Assembly: GCA_024275315.1 (NCBI GenBank)
Contig: JAJRZK010000058.1
Location: 136,448-200,447, forward strand
Source of the DNA: Nitrospirota bacterium
Lineage (GTDB): Bacteria > Nitrospinota_A > UBA7883
DNA length: 64,000 nt
Direction: 5' to 3'
The notes beneath the pieces are model-generated. The model did no database searches. It saw nothing but the letters and a program-made list of their open reading frames with translations, and was not told where the DNA came from. The position numbers and the translations under genes were made by a program. Below are positions 38,461 to 47,728 of this stretch, one piece after another (the first letter of the stretch is position 1; each line of letters begins with the position of its first letter).

Positions 38461-40101
38461 ATGAAAATAGACCCGACACACATTGAAATACCCAGGGATG
38501 AAATCGACCGCATCGTAAAAGAGCACAACTGCTCCCCGGACGAGGCGATCCGCGCCTATATTGAAGCCAAACAAGCCTCTGAAGACGCATTCGGGCAGAC
38601 CATCCAAGATATTCTGGGCCACCGTGGAGCCGGAGCCGGTGTGCCGGATATACAGATATTGACCCCCGCGCAAATAAAATCCCACCTCGATAAATATGTC
38701 ATAGGGCAGGAGGATTATAAAAAGCGCCTTTCAATAGCCGCGGCCTATCATTTTGCCATCGTCAAAGCAATAAAAGATGGAGCGGCGGACAAGGTGAAGA
38801 TCAACCGGTTCCGCAAAAAAAACACTATCACCTCCGGTCCTTCAGGCTCCGGTAAAACGTATTGCGCCGAAATCCTGGGGGATATTTTAGAGGTGCCGAC
38901 CCTGATAATCGACGCGACCGACTATACGGAAGCGGGCTATGTCGGCAAAAGCTCGGACGACATGATCCGCGAGCTTATCCAGATCGCCCCCGGCGGCGGG
39001 AAAATGGAAAAGGCGGAGTTTATAGAAACAAATGGCGGCCTGATTTTTATCGACGAGATAGACAAAAAAGCCAAGGACGGCAAACTGATCGGTCATGATA
39101 TCTCCCGCGAGGGGTTTCAGCGGGCGGTGTTGAAGCTGATCGAGCGCAAGCATATTTCCATCGAGGACCCGATGAGTCCCGCTTCGCAGATACAGGACCT
39201 GATGGACCAGCAACGCGGTATATCCGGCAAGGGCAAGCGTAAAAGCACCATCTCCACCGAGAACATCCTGTTTGTCCTGGGCGGCTCGTTCCAGCGGACC
39301 CACGACAACCTGGAATCGCTGGTAAAAACCAGGATCGAGAAAGGTTCGGGCAGGTTCAAGGAGGATGGTTCCATCACCATAACGGGTTTCGTCGGCGGAG
39401 AGACCAGGCCGGTGGACCCGAGCCAGAACTACTATCGCGAAGCCGACGCGGAGGATTATATCCGGTTCGGGCTGATACCGGAACTGGTGGGAAGGGCGCC
39501 TGTGCGAACCTATGTAAACGCCCTGTCAAAAAACGACCTGATAAGGATCATGACCGAAACCGAGGATTCGATAGTGGAGCAGTACAAGTTCGAGTTTTCC
39601 CTTTTCGGTGTGGATCTCTCCTTTTCCGATGACGCGCTGGAGTGGGTGGCGGAGAAAGCGGAGAACAAGAAAACAGGAGCCAGGGCCCTGATATCGGTGT
39701 TCGAAAATGTCTTGACAGACTTCCAGTTCGAGCTTCCCGGGCGGAATTTCAAAAGCCTGAAAGTAACCAGGGATATTTGTGAAGCGCCCAGGGACGCGCT
39801 GTTGGAGATGCTCGAACAATCCCCCGTTGTCGATTTCATAGAAAAGTTCAAGAAGAATCACGGCATAGAACTAGTCATAGACGAGAAGGTGGAGAGCAGG
39901 ATCCGGGAATACGCAAGGGAAAATGGAATACAGATATCCACGGCGCTGTCCAGGCTTTTGTTCAAGGCGTCTGCGCTGAATTACATGGATATCCATGGCG
40001 AATTTCACATCACGGAGGAGATGGTGGACAATCCGAAATATTTTGACGACCTGTATGTCAAATGGCACCAGGACCAGCTTAAGGATCGGAACAACAAGTA
40101 A
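38461..40101 (+). CDS. ClpX-like AAA+ ATPase paralog lacking the zinc-finger N-domain, with a novel N-terminus and C-terminal extension
   Basis: LDKYVIGQEDYKKRLSIAAAYHF, Walker A SGPSGSGKT, DATDYTEAGYVG, Walker B IFIDEIDK, and a sensor region collinear with ClpX. It is 546 aa versus about 420 aa for ClpX. The N-terminal roughly 60 aa (SPDEAIRAYIEAKQ) is UBA/NAC-like. Confidence 0.7.
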   Translation: MKIDPTHIEIPRDEIDRIVKEHNCSPDEAIRAYIEAKQASEDAFGQTIQDILGHRGAGAGVPDIQILTPAQIKSHLDKYVIGQEDYKKRLSIAAAYHFAIVKAIKDGAADKVKINRFRKKNTITSGPSGSGKTYCAEILGDILEVPTLIIDATDYTEAGYVGKSSDDMIRELIQIAPGGGKMEKAEFIETNGGLIFIDEIDKKAKDGKLIGHDISREGFQRAVLKLIERKHISIEDPMSPASQIQDLMDQQRGISGKGKRKSTISTENILFVLGGSFQRTHDNLESLVKTRIEKGSGRFKEDGSITITGFVGGETRPVDPSQNYYREADAEDYIRFGLIPELVGRAPVRTYVNALSKNDLIRIMTETEDSIVEQYKFEFSLFGVDLSFSDDALEWVAEKAENKKTGARALISVFENVLTDFQFELPGRNFKSLKVTRDICEAPRDALLEMLEQSPVVDFIEKFKKNHGIELVIDEKVESRIREYARENGIQISTALSRLLFKASALNYMDIHGEFHITEEMVDNPKYFDDLYVKWHQDQLKDRNNK

Positions 40102-40128
40102 TAACCCGCCCAAAACCGCAGGTCATCG

Positions 40129-40446
40129 TCACTGTTTTATCTCCGTCTGGATTCCGCTTCTGCTCATGGATATATTTATTTCGTTCAACAGCTTCTCCAG
40201 CCTCGTGTCAAACTCCTCGTCGTCGAGCTTGTTACGCTTCTTTAGCGTGAAAAGCTCGTGAGTAATCTGCAACAGGGCGAGGATGGCCACCCGGTTCGGA
40301 TCGGTGGCGGAGGTGGCGCTTGCGATATCGCGCATTATATTGTCGATATACGCGGCGTACCGCTCCGTGTCGGCGGGGTCGGCGGTGCTTACTATGGAAT
40401 ACTCCTTGCCATAAACCTGGATGGTGACTTGCCTCTTTTCGCTCAT
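40129..40446 (-). CDS. zapA: Cell division protein ZapA
   Basis: 105 aa. VTIQVYGKEYSIVSTADPADTERYAAYIDNIMRDI is a typical ZapA sequence. Confidence 0.8.
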   Translation of the reverse strand: MSEKRQVTIQVYGKEYSIVSTADPADTERYAAYIDNIMRDIASATSATDPNRVAILALLQITHELFTLKKRNKLDDEEFDTRLEKLLNEINISMSRSGIQTEIKQ

Positions 40447-40733
40447 CAGTCGCCGCTCCCCGATTTTTGTATGTCGTCAAGCTTGTTGATAACACCCTGC
40501 ACCTTGTTGCGTATGAACTCCCGTTCCATTATCAGCCGGTCCCGCTCCTCTACCAGCAACGAATACTTTTTCTTCATATCGCGCCCCTGCGACGCGGCCC
40601 GCGCCTGTTCAAGGTTGAGCTCGAGTGAATAGACCTTACGTTTAAGCTGGCGGTTCTGATCCTTCAGGCTGTTGATATACTCAAAAAGAGCGTTTAGCCT
40701 CTCCTGAACCTTGTCGAATCGAGAGAAATCCAT
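40446..40733 (-). CDS. zapB: ZapB-like coiled-coil cell-division protein
   Basis: 95 aa, all coiled coil (LEQARAAS...ERDRLIMEREF). It lies immediately upstream of zapA and overlaps it by 1 nt. Confidence 0.5.
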   Translation of the reverse strand: MDFSRFDKVQERLNALFEYINSLKDQNRQLKRKVYSLELNLEQARAASQGRDMKKKYSLLVEERDRLIMEREFIRNKVQGVINKLDDIQKSGSGD

Positions 40734-41058
40734 CCGTCCGGATTTAATGAGTGAATACTTGAAGTATAGCTTTCACAAGCCACTTATATCTGTTTGAAAC
40801 ACCTGCATAAGGATCATATCACCGGACGTAAAAAAAGGTCAAGGAATTTGATCTTGTTGTCATGATGGACCGTCCCGGTCCCCGTGGCGCTATTTCATTA
40901 TCATGCAGAGGCAAGGGGGTGAAAACACATCACTACAACAGTCTCTCTTGTGACCGGTAGGGGAACTATAGACACAACAACAACCGCTCCCCCTCCGTGT
41001 GGGGTAAGCGAGGGGAGGGAAAACCTCGTTGTCGAGGTCCCGATTGTCCGGCTCGTAC

Positions 41059-43443
41059 CTATCTCAACCGCGCGCCGCAGTCCGTTTTGAGTCCTTCGAG
41101 TATCCGGTCGAAAACGGCGTTGGCCTGGTCGTCGGTCATCGTTTTTTCGTCATCACGAAATTCCAGTGAAAACGCCACGCTCTTCAATCCGGGGCCGATT
41201 TTTTCTCCGCTGTACACGTCGAAAAGGATGGCTTTTTTTGTTTTGGAGCCGCCGTGCCTGAAAATGGATCTGGTTAATTGTTCCGCGGTCACATCTTCTT
41301 TTACTATAATCGCAAGATCGCGTTTTACCGATGGGATCCTGGACAGGGAAGAATACCTCGTCACCGGCGCGGGTAGCGAGACCGCTTTGCTCAGGTCCAG
41401 TTCGAAAACGAAAATCTCCTGCGATATCCCGTACGACTCCAGCGTCTCCGGATGGATCTGGCCGAAATGGCCCAGCGCGGTTTTCCCCACGATTATGTCC
41501 GCCTGGCGTTTGGGATAGTAGAACGGGTGCGTCGAAGCCCGGCAGACACAGTTTTTGAACCCTAACAGGGTCATGATTGATTCCACAATTCCCTTGACAT
41601 GAAAAAAATCCCGTTTGCCCGACCTGCCGCCCCACAGGCTGGGGTCCATGGATTCCGAGACGATGCCGGCCACGCACCATTTCTCGTCTGGGGGCTGGTC
41701 TCCCGCGTCACTGAAAACGACGCCGATTTCGAAAATCATGGTGTCTCCGGATCCCGTGGCGGAGAGCATGCCGGGTAAAAGAGACGAGCGCAGGTGTGTC
41801 CAGTCCGAGGAGAGCGGGTTGTCTATTTTCACCAAGTTGCGCAGAGGGTGTCCCGCGGGAAGCCGCAACCTGTCCAGATCCGCCTCGCTGACAAAGCTTG
41901 CCCGCAACCCCTCCATCATACCGAGGCTTATCAGGTGGCGCCGAAGGGAGCGACGCGATTCCAGCTCCGACCCGACACCACTGGTGTTCGCCGGGACTTC
42001 CGGAACGGCCGATTCGACATTGTTATATCCTGCGAAACGGGCGATCTCTTCTACCAGGTCTATCTCGCGTTCTATATCGAACCTGAACGATGGCGCCGTC
42101 ACGGTTACCGAAAGCTCGTCCCGGCTGACGATGTTCATCCCGAGCCGGGTCAGGATTTCGTTCGATCTGTCCGGCGCAGTGTCGAGGCCCAGTATCTTGT
42201 CCGCCCGCTTGTAGCGGAGCGATATTTTTTCCCGTTCGACAAGGGCGGGATATGCGTCCACCCTGCCTTTGAGCGCTCTGCCTCCTCCCAGTTCCGCCAT
42301 AAGTTTCGTGGCGCGGTCCTGGGCGTATATCATGCCCTCCACGTCCGTTCCCCGCTCGAACCGGAAAGACGACTCCGACTTTATTCCCAGCGCCTTGCTT
42401 GTGCGTCGTATCGAGGCTGGATCAAAAAAGGCCGCCTCGAGCATGACATCGGTGGTGGAACCGGTCACTTCCGAGTTCTCCCCCCCCATGATCCCCGCCA
42501 GCGCCACAGGTTTTGCCGCGTCCGCTATCACCAGGTTGTCATTGTCCAGCGTATGGATTCTGGAGTCCAGCGTGACGAAACGCTCGTTGGCCTTCGCCCG
42601 GCGGACGATTATCCTTGAGCCGCTTATCATGGAATGGTCGAACGCGTGCAACGGGTGGCCCGTTTCTATCAGCACATAGTTGGTGACATCGACCAGGTTG
42701 TTGATGGATCGCAACCCAACGGCGGATAATCTTCTCCTCATCCAGAATGGAGAAAGGCCGAGCGACAGCCCCACTATCATTCTTCCCGAGTATCGGGGGC
42801 AGAGGTCGGGGGCTTTTATCTCCACCTTTATATGGTTGGATGAATCGTCCGAGCCATCTTCATCGAAGGACGCGTCAGGCATGTTCAACTTCGAACCGGT
42901 CACCGCGGCGATTTCCCTTGCTATCCCGAGCACGCTGAGGCAATCTCCCCGGTTCGGCGTAAGGTCTACCTCCAGAACCGTGTCGCAGACCTCGTAACGT
43001 TCGCCAAACTTTTCCCCCGGAGGCGGGTCATCGTCCAGCTCAAGAATCCCGTCGTGATCGTTCAACAGCATCAGTTCCGCTTCTGAAACTATCATCCCCT
43101 CGGACAGCTCCCCCCGTACTTTGCGCCGCTCGATGGTGACCCCGCCGGGGAGTTTCGCCCCCACAAGCGCCACCGCCACCGCCTGTCCCTCGGCGACGTT
43201 GGGAGCGCCGCAGACTATGTTTTTTGTCTCCGAACCTGTGCGCACCTTGCAAAGTTTCAGTTTATCCGCGTTGGGGTGCGCTGTGGTTTCAATCACCTTG
43301 CCGGTAACCACGTTTTCATACCAGCCGCGCCGATCATCAGCTATGGAGGTTTCCAGACCCAGGTCGGTCAGGGTTGCGGCCAGACTCTCTGGATCCAGAT
43401 CAAAATCCACCAGTTCCTTCAGCCAAAGATACGATACAAACAT
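41059..43443 (-). CDS. pheT: Phenylalanine--tRNA ligase beta subunit
   Basis: 794 aa with an N-terminal tRNA-binding OB-fold, B3/B4, B5 and anticodon-binding domains. Conserved pheS-pheT order. Confidence 0.9.
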   Translation of the reverse strand: MFVSYLWLKELVDFDLDPESLAATLTDLGLETSIADDRRGWYENVVTGKVIETTAHPNADKLKLCKVRTGSETKNIVCGAPNVAEGQAVAVALVGAKLPGGVTIERRKVRGELSEGMIVSEAELMLLNDHDGILELDDDPPPGEKFGERYEVCDTVLEVDLTPNRGDCLSVLGIAREIAAVTGSKLNMPDASFDEDGSDDSSNHIKVEIKAPDLCPRYSGRMIVGLSLGLSPFWMRRRLSAVGLRSINNLVDVTNYVLIETGHPLHAFDHSMISGSRIIVRRAKANERFVTLDSRIHTLDNDNLVIADAAKPVALAGIMGGENSEVTGSTTDVMLEAAFFDPASIRRTSKALGIKSESSFRFERGTDVEGMIYAQDRATKLMAELGGGRALKGRVDAYPALVEREKISLRYKRADKILGLDTAPDRSNEILTRLGMNIVSRDELSVTVTAPSFRFDIEREIDLVEEIARFAGYNNVESAVPEVPANTSGVGSELESRRSLRRHLISLGMMEGLRASFVSEADLDRLRLPAGHPLRNLVKIDNPLSSDWTHLRSSLLPGMLSATGSGDTMIFEIGVVFSDAGDQPPDEKWCVAGIVSESMDPSLWGGRSGKRDFFHVKGIVESIMTLLGFKNCVCRASTHPFYYPKRQADIIVGKTALGHFGQIHPETLESYGISQEIFVFELDLSKAVSLPAPVTRYSSLSRIPSVKRDLAIIVKEDVTAEQLTRSIFRHGGSKTKKAILFDVYSGEKIGPGLKSVAFSLEFRDDEKTMTDDQANAVFDRILEGLKTDCGARLR

Positions 43444-43469
43444 TTGGAATATTCCCGTTTACCGGCTTG

Positions 43470-44546
43470 TTAATATTGTTTTAGAAAGCTGGTATTGTTT
43501 TCGTACAAAAGACGTATGTCATCGATACCATATCTCAGCATCGCGATTCTCTCTATGCCGACACCGAAAGCGTATCCGCTCCATTTTTCCGGGTCTATGC
43601 CGACCGCCTCGAACACGTTCGGGTCTATCATGCCGGCGCCGAGTATCTCCATCCATCCGGTCCCTTTGCACAGGCGGCACCCGCCACCGCCGCACAGAAC
43701 GCAGCTTATGTCGAGCTCTGCGCTTGGCTCTGTAAACGGGAAAAAGCTGGGCCGAAACCTCAGTTTCGTATTCTTGCCGTAAAGCCGGTGGATGAAAAGC
43801 TCCAGCGTCCCTTTCAGGTGGCCGAAAGTTATGTGCCTGTCTATATGGAACCCTTCGACCTGATGAAACACCGGTGAGTGTGTCACGTCCGAATCGCACC
43901 GGTAAACCCTTCCCGGAGCTATGACCGACAGGGGGGGCTTGTGCCTGAGCATGGCGTGTATTTGCACCGGGGATGTGTGGGTTCTCAAAAGCCTGGCTCC
44001 GTTGTGCAGGTAAAATGTGTCTTGCATGTCGCGGGCGGGGTGGTCGTCCGGGAAGTTGAGCATTTTGAAGTTATATTCGTCCGTCTCCACCTCCGGCCCC
44101 TCTTCAACCATGAACCCAAGCTCGATGAAAATCTCCATGAGCTCGTCCAATACGGAACATACAGGGTGGCTCCGGCCCATGCCAATCGGCCTTCCGGGCA
44201 GTGTAATGTCGAATACCTCGTTTTCGAGCCGTTCTGAAAGTTCTTTTTTGCGAATGGCGGCCTGCTTTCCTTTTATCGCGGCCGTGATGGCGTCACGAAC
44301 TTCGTTCAACCCTTTTCCCATTGCAGGACGTTGATCCGGCGGGAGCTTGCCCAGTCCTCTCATGCGGGTCATCAACTCGCTTTTCCTGCCCAGCAGTTCC
44401 ACCCGCGTATTCTCCATCTCGTCAGAACAGGTCACGGCGGCGATTTTGGCGACGGCGGCCTCTTTGAGGGATTCAAGCTCGTTTGAAAGATTGGAATCGG
44501 TCATGGCATCCAATAAAAAAAGGTTCACGATCCGGTAGGACCGCAA
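43470..44546 (-). CDS. pheS: Phenylalanine--tRNA ligase alpha subunit
   Basis: 358 aa with class II aaRS motifs (FPFTEPSAE, GAGMIDPNV). Confidence 0.9.
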   Translation of the reverse strand: MRSYRIVNLFLLDAMTDSNLSNELESLKEAAVAKIAAVTCSDEMENTRVELLGRKSELMTRMRGLGKLPPDQRPAMGKGLNEVRDAITAAIKGKQAAIRKKELSERLENEVFDITLPGRPIGMGRSHPVCSVLDELMEIFIELGFMVEEGPEVETDEYNFKMLNFPDDHPARDMQDTFYLHNGARLLRTHTSPVQIHAMLRHKPPLSVIAPGRVYRCDSDVTHSPVFHQVEGFHIDRHITFGHLKGTLELFIHRLYGKNTKLRFRPSFFPFTEPSAELDISCVLCGGGGCRLCKGTGWMEILGAGMIDPNVFEAVGIDPEKWSGYAFGVGIERIAMLRYGIDDIRLLYENNTSFLKQY

Positions 44547-44579
44547 ACCCGGGAGTTAACTGGTCAAACGGTGATATAG

Positions 44580-44948
44580 TCAGGCCGCTTCCGAGCCTGC
44601 GCCGAGCTTTGACAGGTTTACAATTTCTTTAAAGGTTTCGGGTTCCTCGACAGCGAGTCCGGCGAGAATTTTCCTGTCCAACTCTATACCGGCTTTTTTC
44701 AGGCCGTCGATAAACCTTCCATACGAAAGACCTTCGGCGCGGACGGCGGCGTTGATACGCACTATCCACAACGAGCGAAAATCACGCTTTCGGCCTTTTC
44801 GGCCCCTGTACGCGTCCTTTCCGGCGTTGGTGACGGCTTCTTTCGCTTTTTTGAACTGACGGCTTCGCGCTCCGCGATAACCTTTCGCCAGTTTCATGAT
44901 CTTCTTGCGTCGCGCCCTTGTGGCGGGTCCGCTTTTTACTCTTGCCAT
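44580..44948 (-). CDS. rplT: 50S ribosomal protein L20
   Basis: [27 protein letters not shown]... is collinear with E. coli L20. Confidence 0.9.
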   Translation of the reverse strand: MARVKSGPATRARRKKIMKLAKGYRGARSRQFKKAKEAVTNAGKDAYRGRKGRKRDFRSLWIVRINAAVRAEGLSYGRFIDGLKKAGIELDRKILAGLAVEEPETFKEIVNLSKLGAGSEAA

Positions 44949-45008
44949 TTTCGAACTATCGCTCCTGAAATCGATACCACAATCAACCGGTCCTCTCCTT
45001 CGCGCCGG

Positions 45009-45206
45009 CTATAAATATGGAACCAGTCTTTTGATCTTTTTTTCATCCGCCGCGTGCACCAATGTGGCGTGGCGAAGGTTCCGCTTTGTTTTCTGAGATT
45101 TGCTGGTCAATATATGCCTCAGGTAGGCTTTTTTATGCTTCAGCTTACCTGTGCCGGTTAATTTAAACCTTTTGGCCGCGCCGCGTCTTGTCTTCTGTTT
45201 TGGCAA
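45009..45206 (-). CDS. rpmI: 50S ribosomal protein L35
   Basis: 65 aa. [27 protein letters not shown]. Confidence 0.9.
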   Translation of the reverse strand: MPKQKTRRGAAKRFKLTGTGKLKHKKAYLRHILTSKSQKTKRNLRHATLVHAADEKKIKRLVPYL

Positions 45207-45242
45207 TTCAATTCTCCGTTTTAAAAAAACCGGCTGTTTATC

Positions 45243-45797
45243 CTATCCCTGGTTTTCATTCTTTTCGTTTTTCGTGTCCACCGGTTTTGGAATCACCACC
45301 AGGATCATGCTTCTGCCCTCACGCTTCGGCTCTTGTTCCACGACGGCGAAATCTTCCAAATCCGCCACGAATCTTTCGAGTATTTTCAACCCCAGCTCCG
45401 AATGGGCGATTTGACGCCCTCTGAAAAAGACAGAAATCTTGACCTTGCCTCCGTCGGCCAAAAAACGTTTTACATGGCTCAGCTTGAACTGATAGTCATG
45501 TTCCTCGGTTTTGGGAGTTATTTTTACTTCTTTGATCTTTATGATCTTCTGTCTTTTCTTGGCGTCATGAGCTTTCTTGTTCTGGCGATATTTATACTTC
45601 CCATAGTCCATTATCTTGCAGACGGGTGGGTCTGCGTTGGGAGCCACCTCAACAAGATCCATCTCGGCGTTTGTCGCATGGTCGAGCGCTTCTTCCACGG
45701 GCAAAACGCCGATCTGTTCGCCCTTTGCGCCAATAAGCATCACGCGCCGGCTTTTAACCTGGTCGTTGACCTTTAACTCCTTAGAGTTGCTTGCTAT
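45243..45797 (-). CDS. infC: Translation initiation factor IF-3, probably initiating at a non-canonical AUA codon
   Basis: The ORF-track start (45743) gives a truncated IF-3. The in-frame upstream extension encodes IASNSKELKVNDQVKSRRVMMLIGAKGEQIGVL, the conserved IF-3 N-terminus. An ATA codon at 45795-45797 is preceded by a GGAGGTG Shine-Dalgarno at a 4 nt spacing. Confidence 0.75.
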   Translation of the reverse strand: MASNSKELKVNDQVKSRRVMLIGAKGEQIGVLPVEEALDHATNAEMDLVEVAPNADPPVCKIMDYGKYKYRQNKKAHDAKKRQKIIKIKEVKITPKTEEHDYQFKLSHVKRFLADGGKVKISVFFRGRQIAHSELGLKILERFVADLEDFAVVEQEPKREGRSMILVVIPKPVDTKNEKNENQG

Positions 45798-45899
45798 ACC
45801 ACACCTCCATCAACTCATCACGACTCAAGGCCGTCACAAAAATAACGGAGGCCGATGAATTTAACAAATCCGCTATATTCCTCCAACAGTTGTACATAA

Positions 45900-45973
45900 T
45901 GGTAGGCACGGGCGGTTTCGAACCGCCGACCTCTTGCGTGTCAAGCAAGCGCTCTCCCCCTGAGCTACGCGCC
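45900..45973 (-). tRNA. tRNA-Val (anticodon GAC)
   Basis: The reverse complement reads GGCGCGTAGCTCAGGGGGAGAGCGCTTGCTTGACACGCAAGAGGTCGGCGGTTCGAAACCGCCCGTGCCTACCA. This gives a cloverleaf with a 7-bp acceptor stem, an anticodon loop TTGACAC, a GTTCGAA T-loop and a 3' CCA. Confidence 0.8.
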
Positions 45974-46145
45974 TATCAAGTCACGATAGGAAAGTATCCG
46001 AAATTAGTAAGGTTAAGTCAAGACTATTAAGCGCCAGTTCGTTTTTTTTCGTGGCACACCCGACAAGAGGAATTTCTCGGGACCCGGTAAAGCGTCACAG
46101 GTTTTCCTGGCGGCAACTATAAACTTGCAAACACAGCCATCCCGG

Positions 46146-46183
46146 CGCGTTGTGGCGCGGCCTCGATGGCCGGCCACAACGCG
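46146..46183 (-). other. Long GC-rich hairpin (about 16-bp stem, TCGAT loop) between the icd-like gene and tRNA-Val
   Basis: CGCGTTGTGGCGCGGCC-TCGAT-GGCCGGCCACAACGCG, read directly from the sequence. It has no U-tract, so it could be a U-less terminator or an RNA-processing structure. Confidence 0.35.
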
Positions 46184-46223
46184 ATCCCCCCTCGTGTCAG
46201 GCGTCAAACGATGGTATAAGTCA

Positions 46224-47459
46224 TCAGCCGGATAACTTTTCCAGCAGAAAACCGGTGGCTTGCTGGCAGGTTACTTTGTTCTTCCCTCCGTTCGGAACCA
46301 GATTCGCGTCCGTCAAGGCGTCAAGCGCCGTCAGAATATTTTTCTGGTGTTCGGTATACCCTATGAAACCGAGCAATTCGCCAGTCGCTTTGACTACCGC
46401 CACAGGTGACGAAAAACCTCCACGGTTTTCCTCCATCATTCGTGTCCCCGTGCCGCCGCCGGCCTCGAACATGCCCTGGGAGAAAGAAACATTCGCTGAA
46501 CCGACGCCACCAATACCGCCGACATACATTCCGGATTCGTCACCGGCCATGTCGCCGACGATGTTGTTGCAAACCATGGTGGTGAAAGTGAATGCATTTC
46601 CGGTTTTTTCACCTTTCATGGATTTCAGCTTGTTGGGCTGGGTGACGGTGTATGAGAAATCGTCGGGTTTTACGCTAAGGTAATCAATTTCGGGGAAATG
46701 ATTGTCGATATAGGCTTTCGCCCAGTTAAGGGACGCCGCGTCAGGTTTTATCACGTTATCCTTGAAGTTAAGAACGATAAAGTCCGATCCGTTTTTCTTT
46801 GCATGCAGGCACGCCAGGTGGGTCAGCCGTTCGATATCGATCCGGGCTTGCGGCCAGAAGCACAGCGCATACTCGTCCTGGCCTTTCCAGTTCATCACAC
46901 CGGCGGATTTGGAATCCTGGTATGGTGTGCCGAAGTTGCATCGAAATACGGAAAAGTCCAGACCTTCGCTGTCGCTTTTGATCCGGCGTATACACGCGAA
47001 CAGATCCATATATTGCCTCATCCAGACGTTTGCGCTGGGCACGTTCGGATATTTGGAGCTGTCAGGAGTTTCAAGAGGCATCTTGAGTACGACATCGCAC
47101 TGGTCGATAACCTTGATAGAAGTCGGAGGAGCGACAGTGTCCAGCTCTATTCTCTTTTCTATCGTCAGGTCCGGAATGTCAACGACTATGATGTCTCCCC
47201 TGGAGATGTCATCCGCCACCAGGTTTTCCAAAACCGACCTCGCCGCATTGGCCACAATGGGACCTATGCCGTCACCGGTGGCGAACCCTATTTTAAGCGG
47301 GCGTTTCTCACTGAGATCAACAGGTTTAAACTGCCCCCTGGTATCGATGGCTTTTTCAATGCGTGCTTTTTCTTGAGTTAACAACCCTGACAGTGCGTCG
47401 TAAGGATTGTAGTCACCTTCGAAAACACTTGCGTACGTACTCATTTTTTTCCTTTCCAA
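46224..47459 (-). CDS. Isocitrate/isopropylmalate dehydrogenase family protein (divergent NADP-IDH-like)
   Basis: IGFATGDGIGPIV N-terminal motif, and CNNIVGDMAGDESGMYVGGIGGVGSANV collinear with E. coli Icd ([28 protein letters not shown]). Both termini are divergent. Confidence 0.65.
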   Translation of the reverse strand: MERKKMSTYASVFEGDYNPYDALSGLLTQEKARIEKAIDTRGQFKPVDLSEKRPLKIGFATGDGIGPIVANAARSVLENLVADDISRGDIIVVDIPDLTIEKRIELDTVAPPTSIKVIDQCDVVLKMPLETPDSSKYPNVPSANVWMRQYMDLFACIRRIKSDSEGLDFSVFRCNFGTPYQDSKSAGVMNWKGQDEYALCFWPQARIDIERLTHLACLHAKKNGSDFIVLNFKDNVIKPDAASLNWAKAYIDNHFPEIDYLSVKPDDFSYTVTQPNKLKSMKGEKTGNAFTFTTMVCNNIVGDMAGDESGMYVGGIGGVGSANVSFSQGMFEAGGGTGTRMMEENRGGFSSPVAVVKATGELLGFIGYTEHQKNILTALDALTDANLVPNGGKNKVTCQQATGFLLEKLSG

Positions 47460-47540
47460 AATGTTATCCCGACAATGCTAAGTCGCAGACAAGGATCAGT
47501 ATCTACAAGATGATACTTCAATTGGCCGACAAAGTCGCCT

Positions 47541-47693
47541 GTGTTGACATAACCAAATTATAGACGTACCATAATACATGAAAATATCTTCATGAATGAT
47601 ATCAAATGGTACCATGCCTCGCGATTGTGTCAACAGGTAAGTGGCGACAGTTAAAGTGATTCGGGCCTGAGCGATTCGCCGGTGTGTCGACAC
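47541..47693 (+). promoter_or_regulatory. Three copies of a GTGTyGACA(C) (semi)palindromic motif upstream of the small wHTH regulator gene
   Basis: GTGTTGACA at 47541-47549, GTGTCAACA at 47627-47635, and GTGTCGACAC at 47684-47693. A palindrome ATGGTACCAT sits at 47606-47615. Confidence 0.3.
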
Positions 47694-47719
47694 GTAAATG
47701 TCCGGTCTTTTTTTGATTT

Positions 47720-47728
47720 TGGTATAAT
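47720..47728 (+). promoter_or_regulatory. Extended -10 promoter element (TGgTATAAT) about 40 nt upstream of the wHTH regulator start
   Basis: TGGTATAAT, read directly from the sequence. Confidence 0.3.

Noticed and set aside
46224-47459. Possibility that the Icd-like gene is a pseudogene or fusion because of its unusual N- and C-termini
   Set aside because: The reading frame is intact over 411 aa, and the central catalytic blocks are collinear with NADP-isocitrate dehydrogenase. The divergent ends are more likely lineage-specific.
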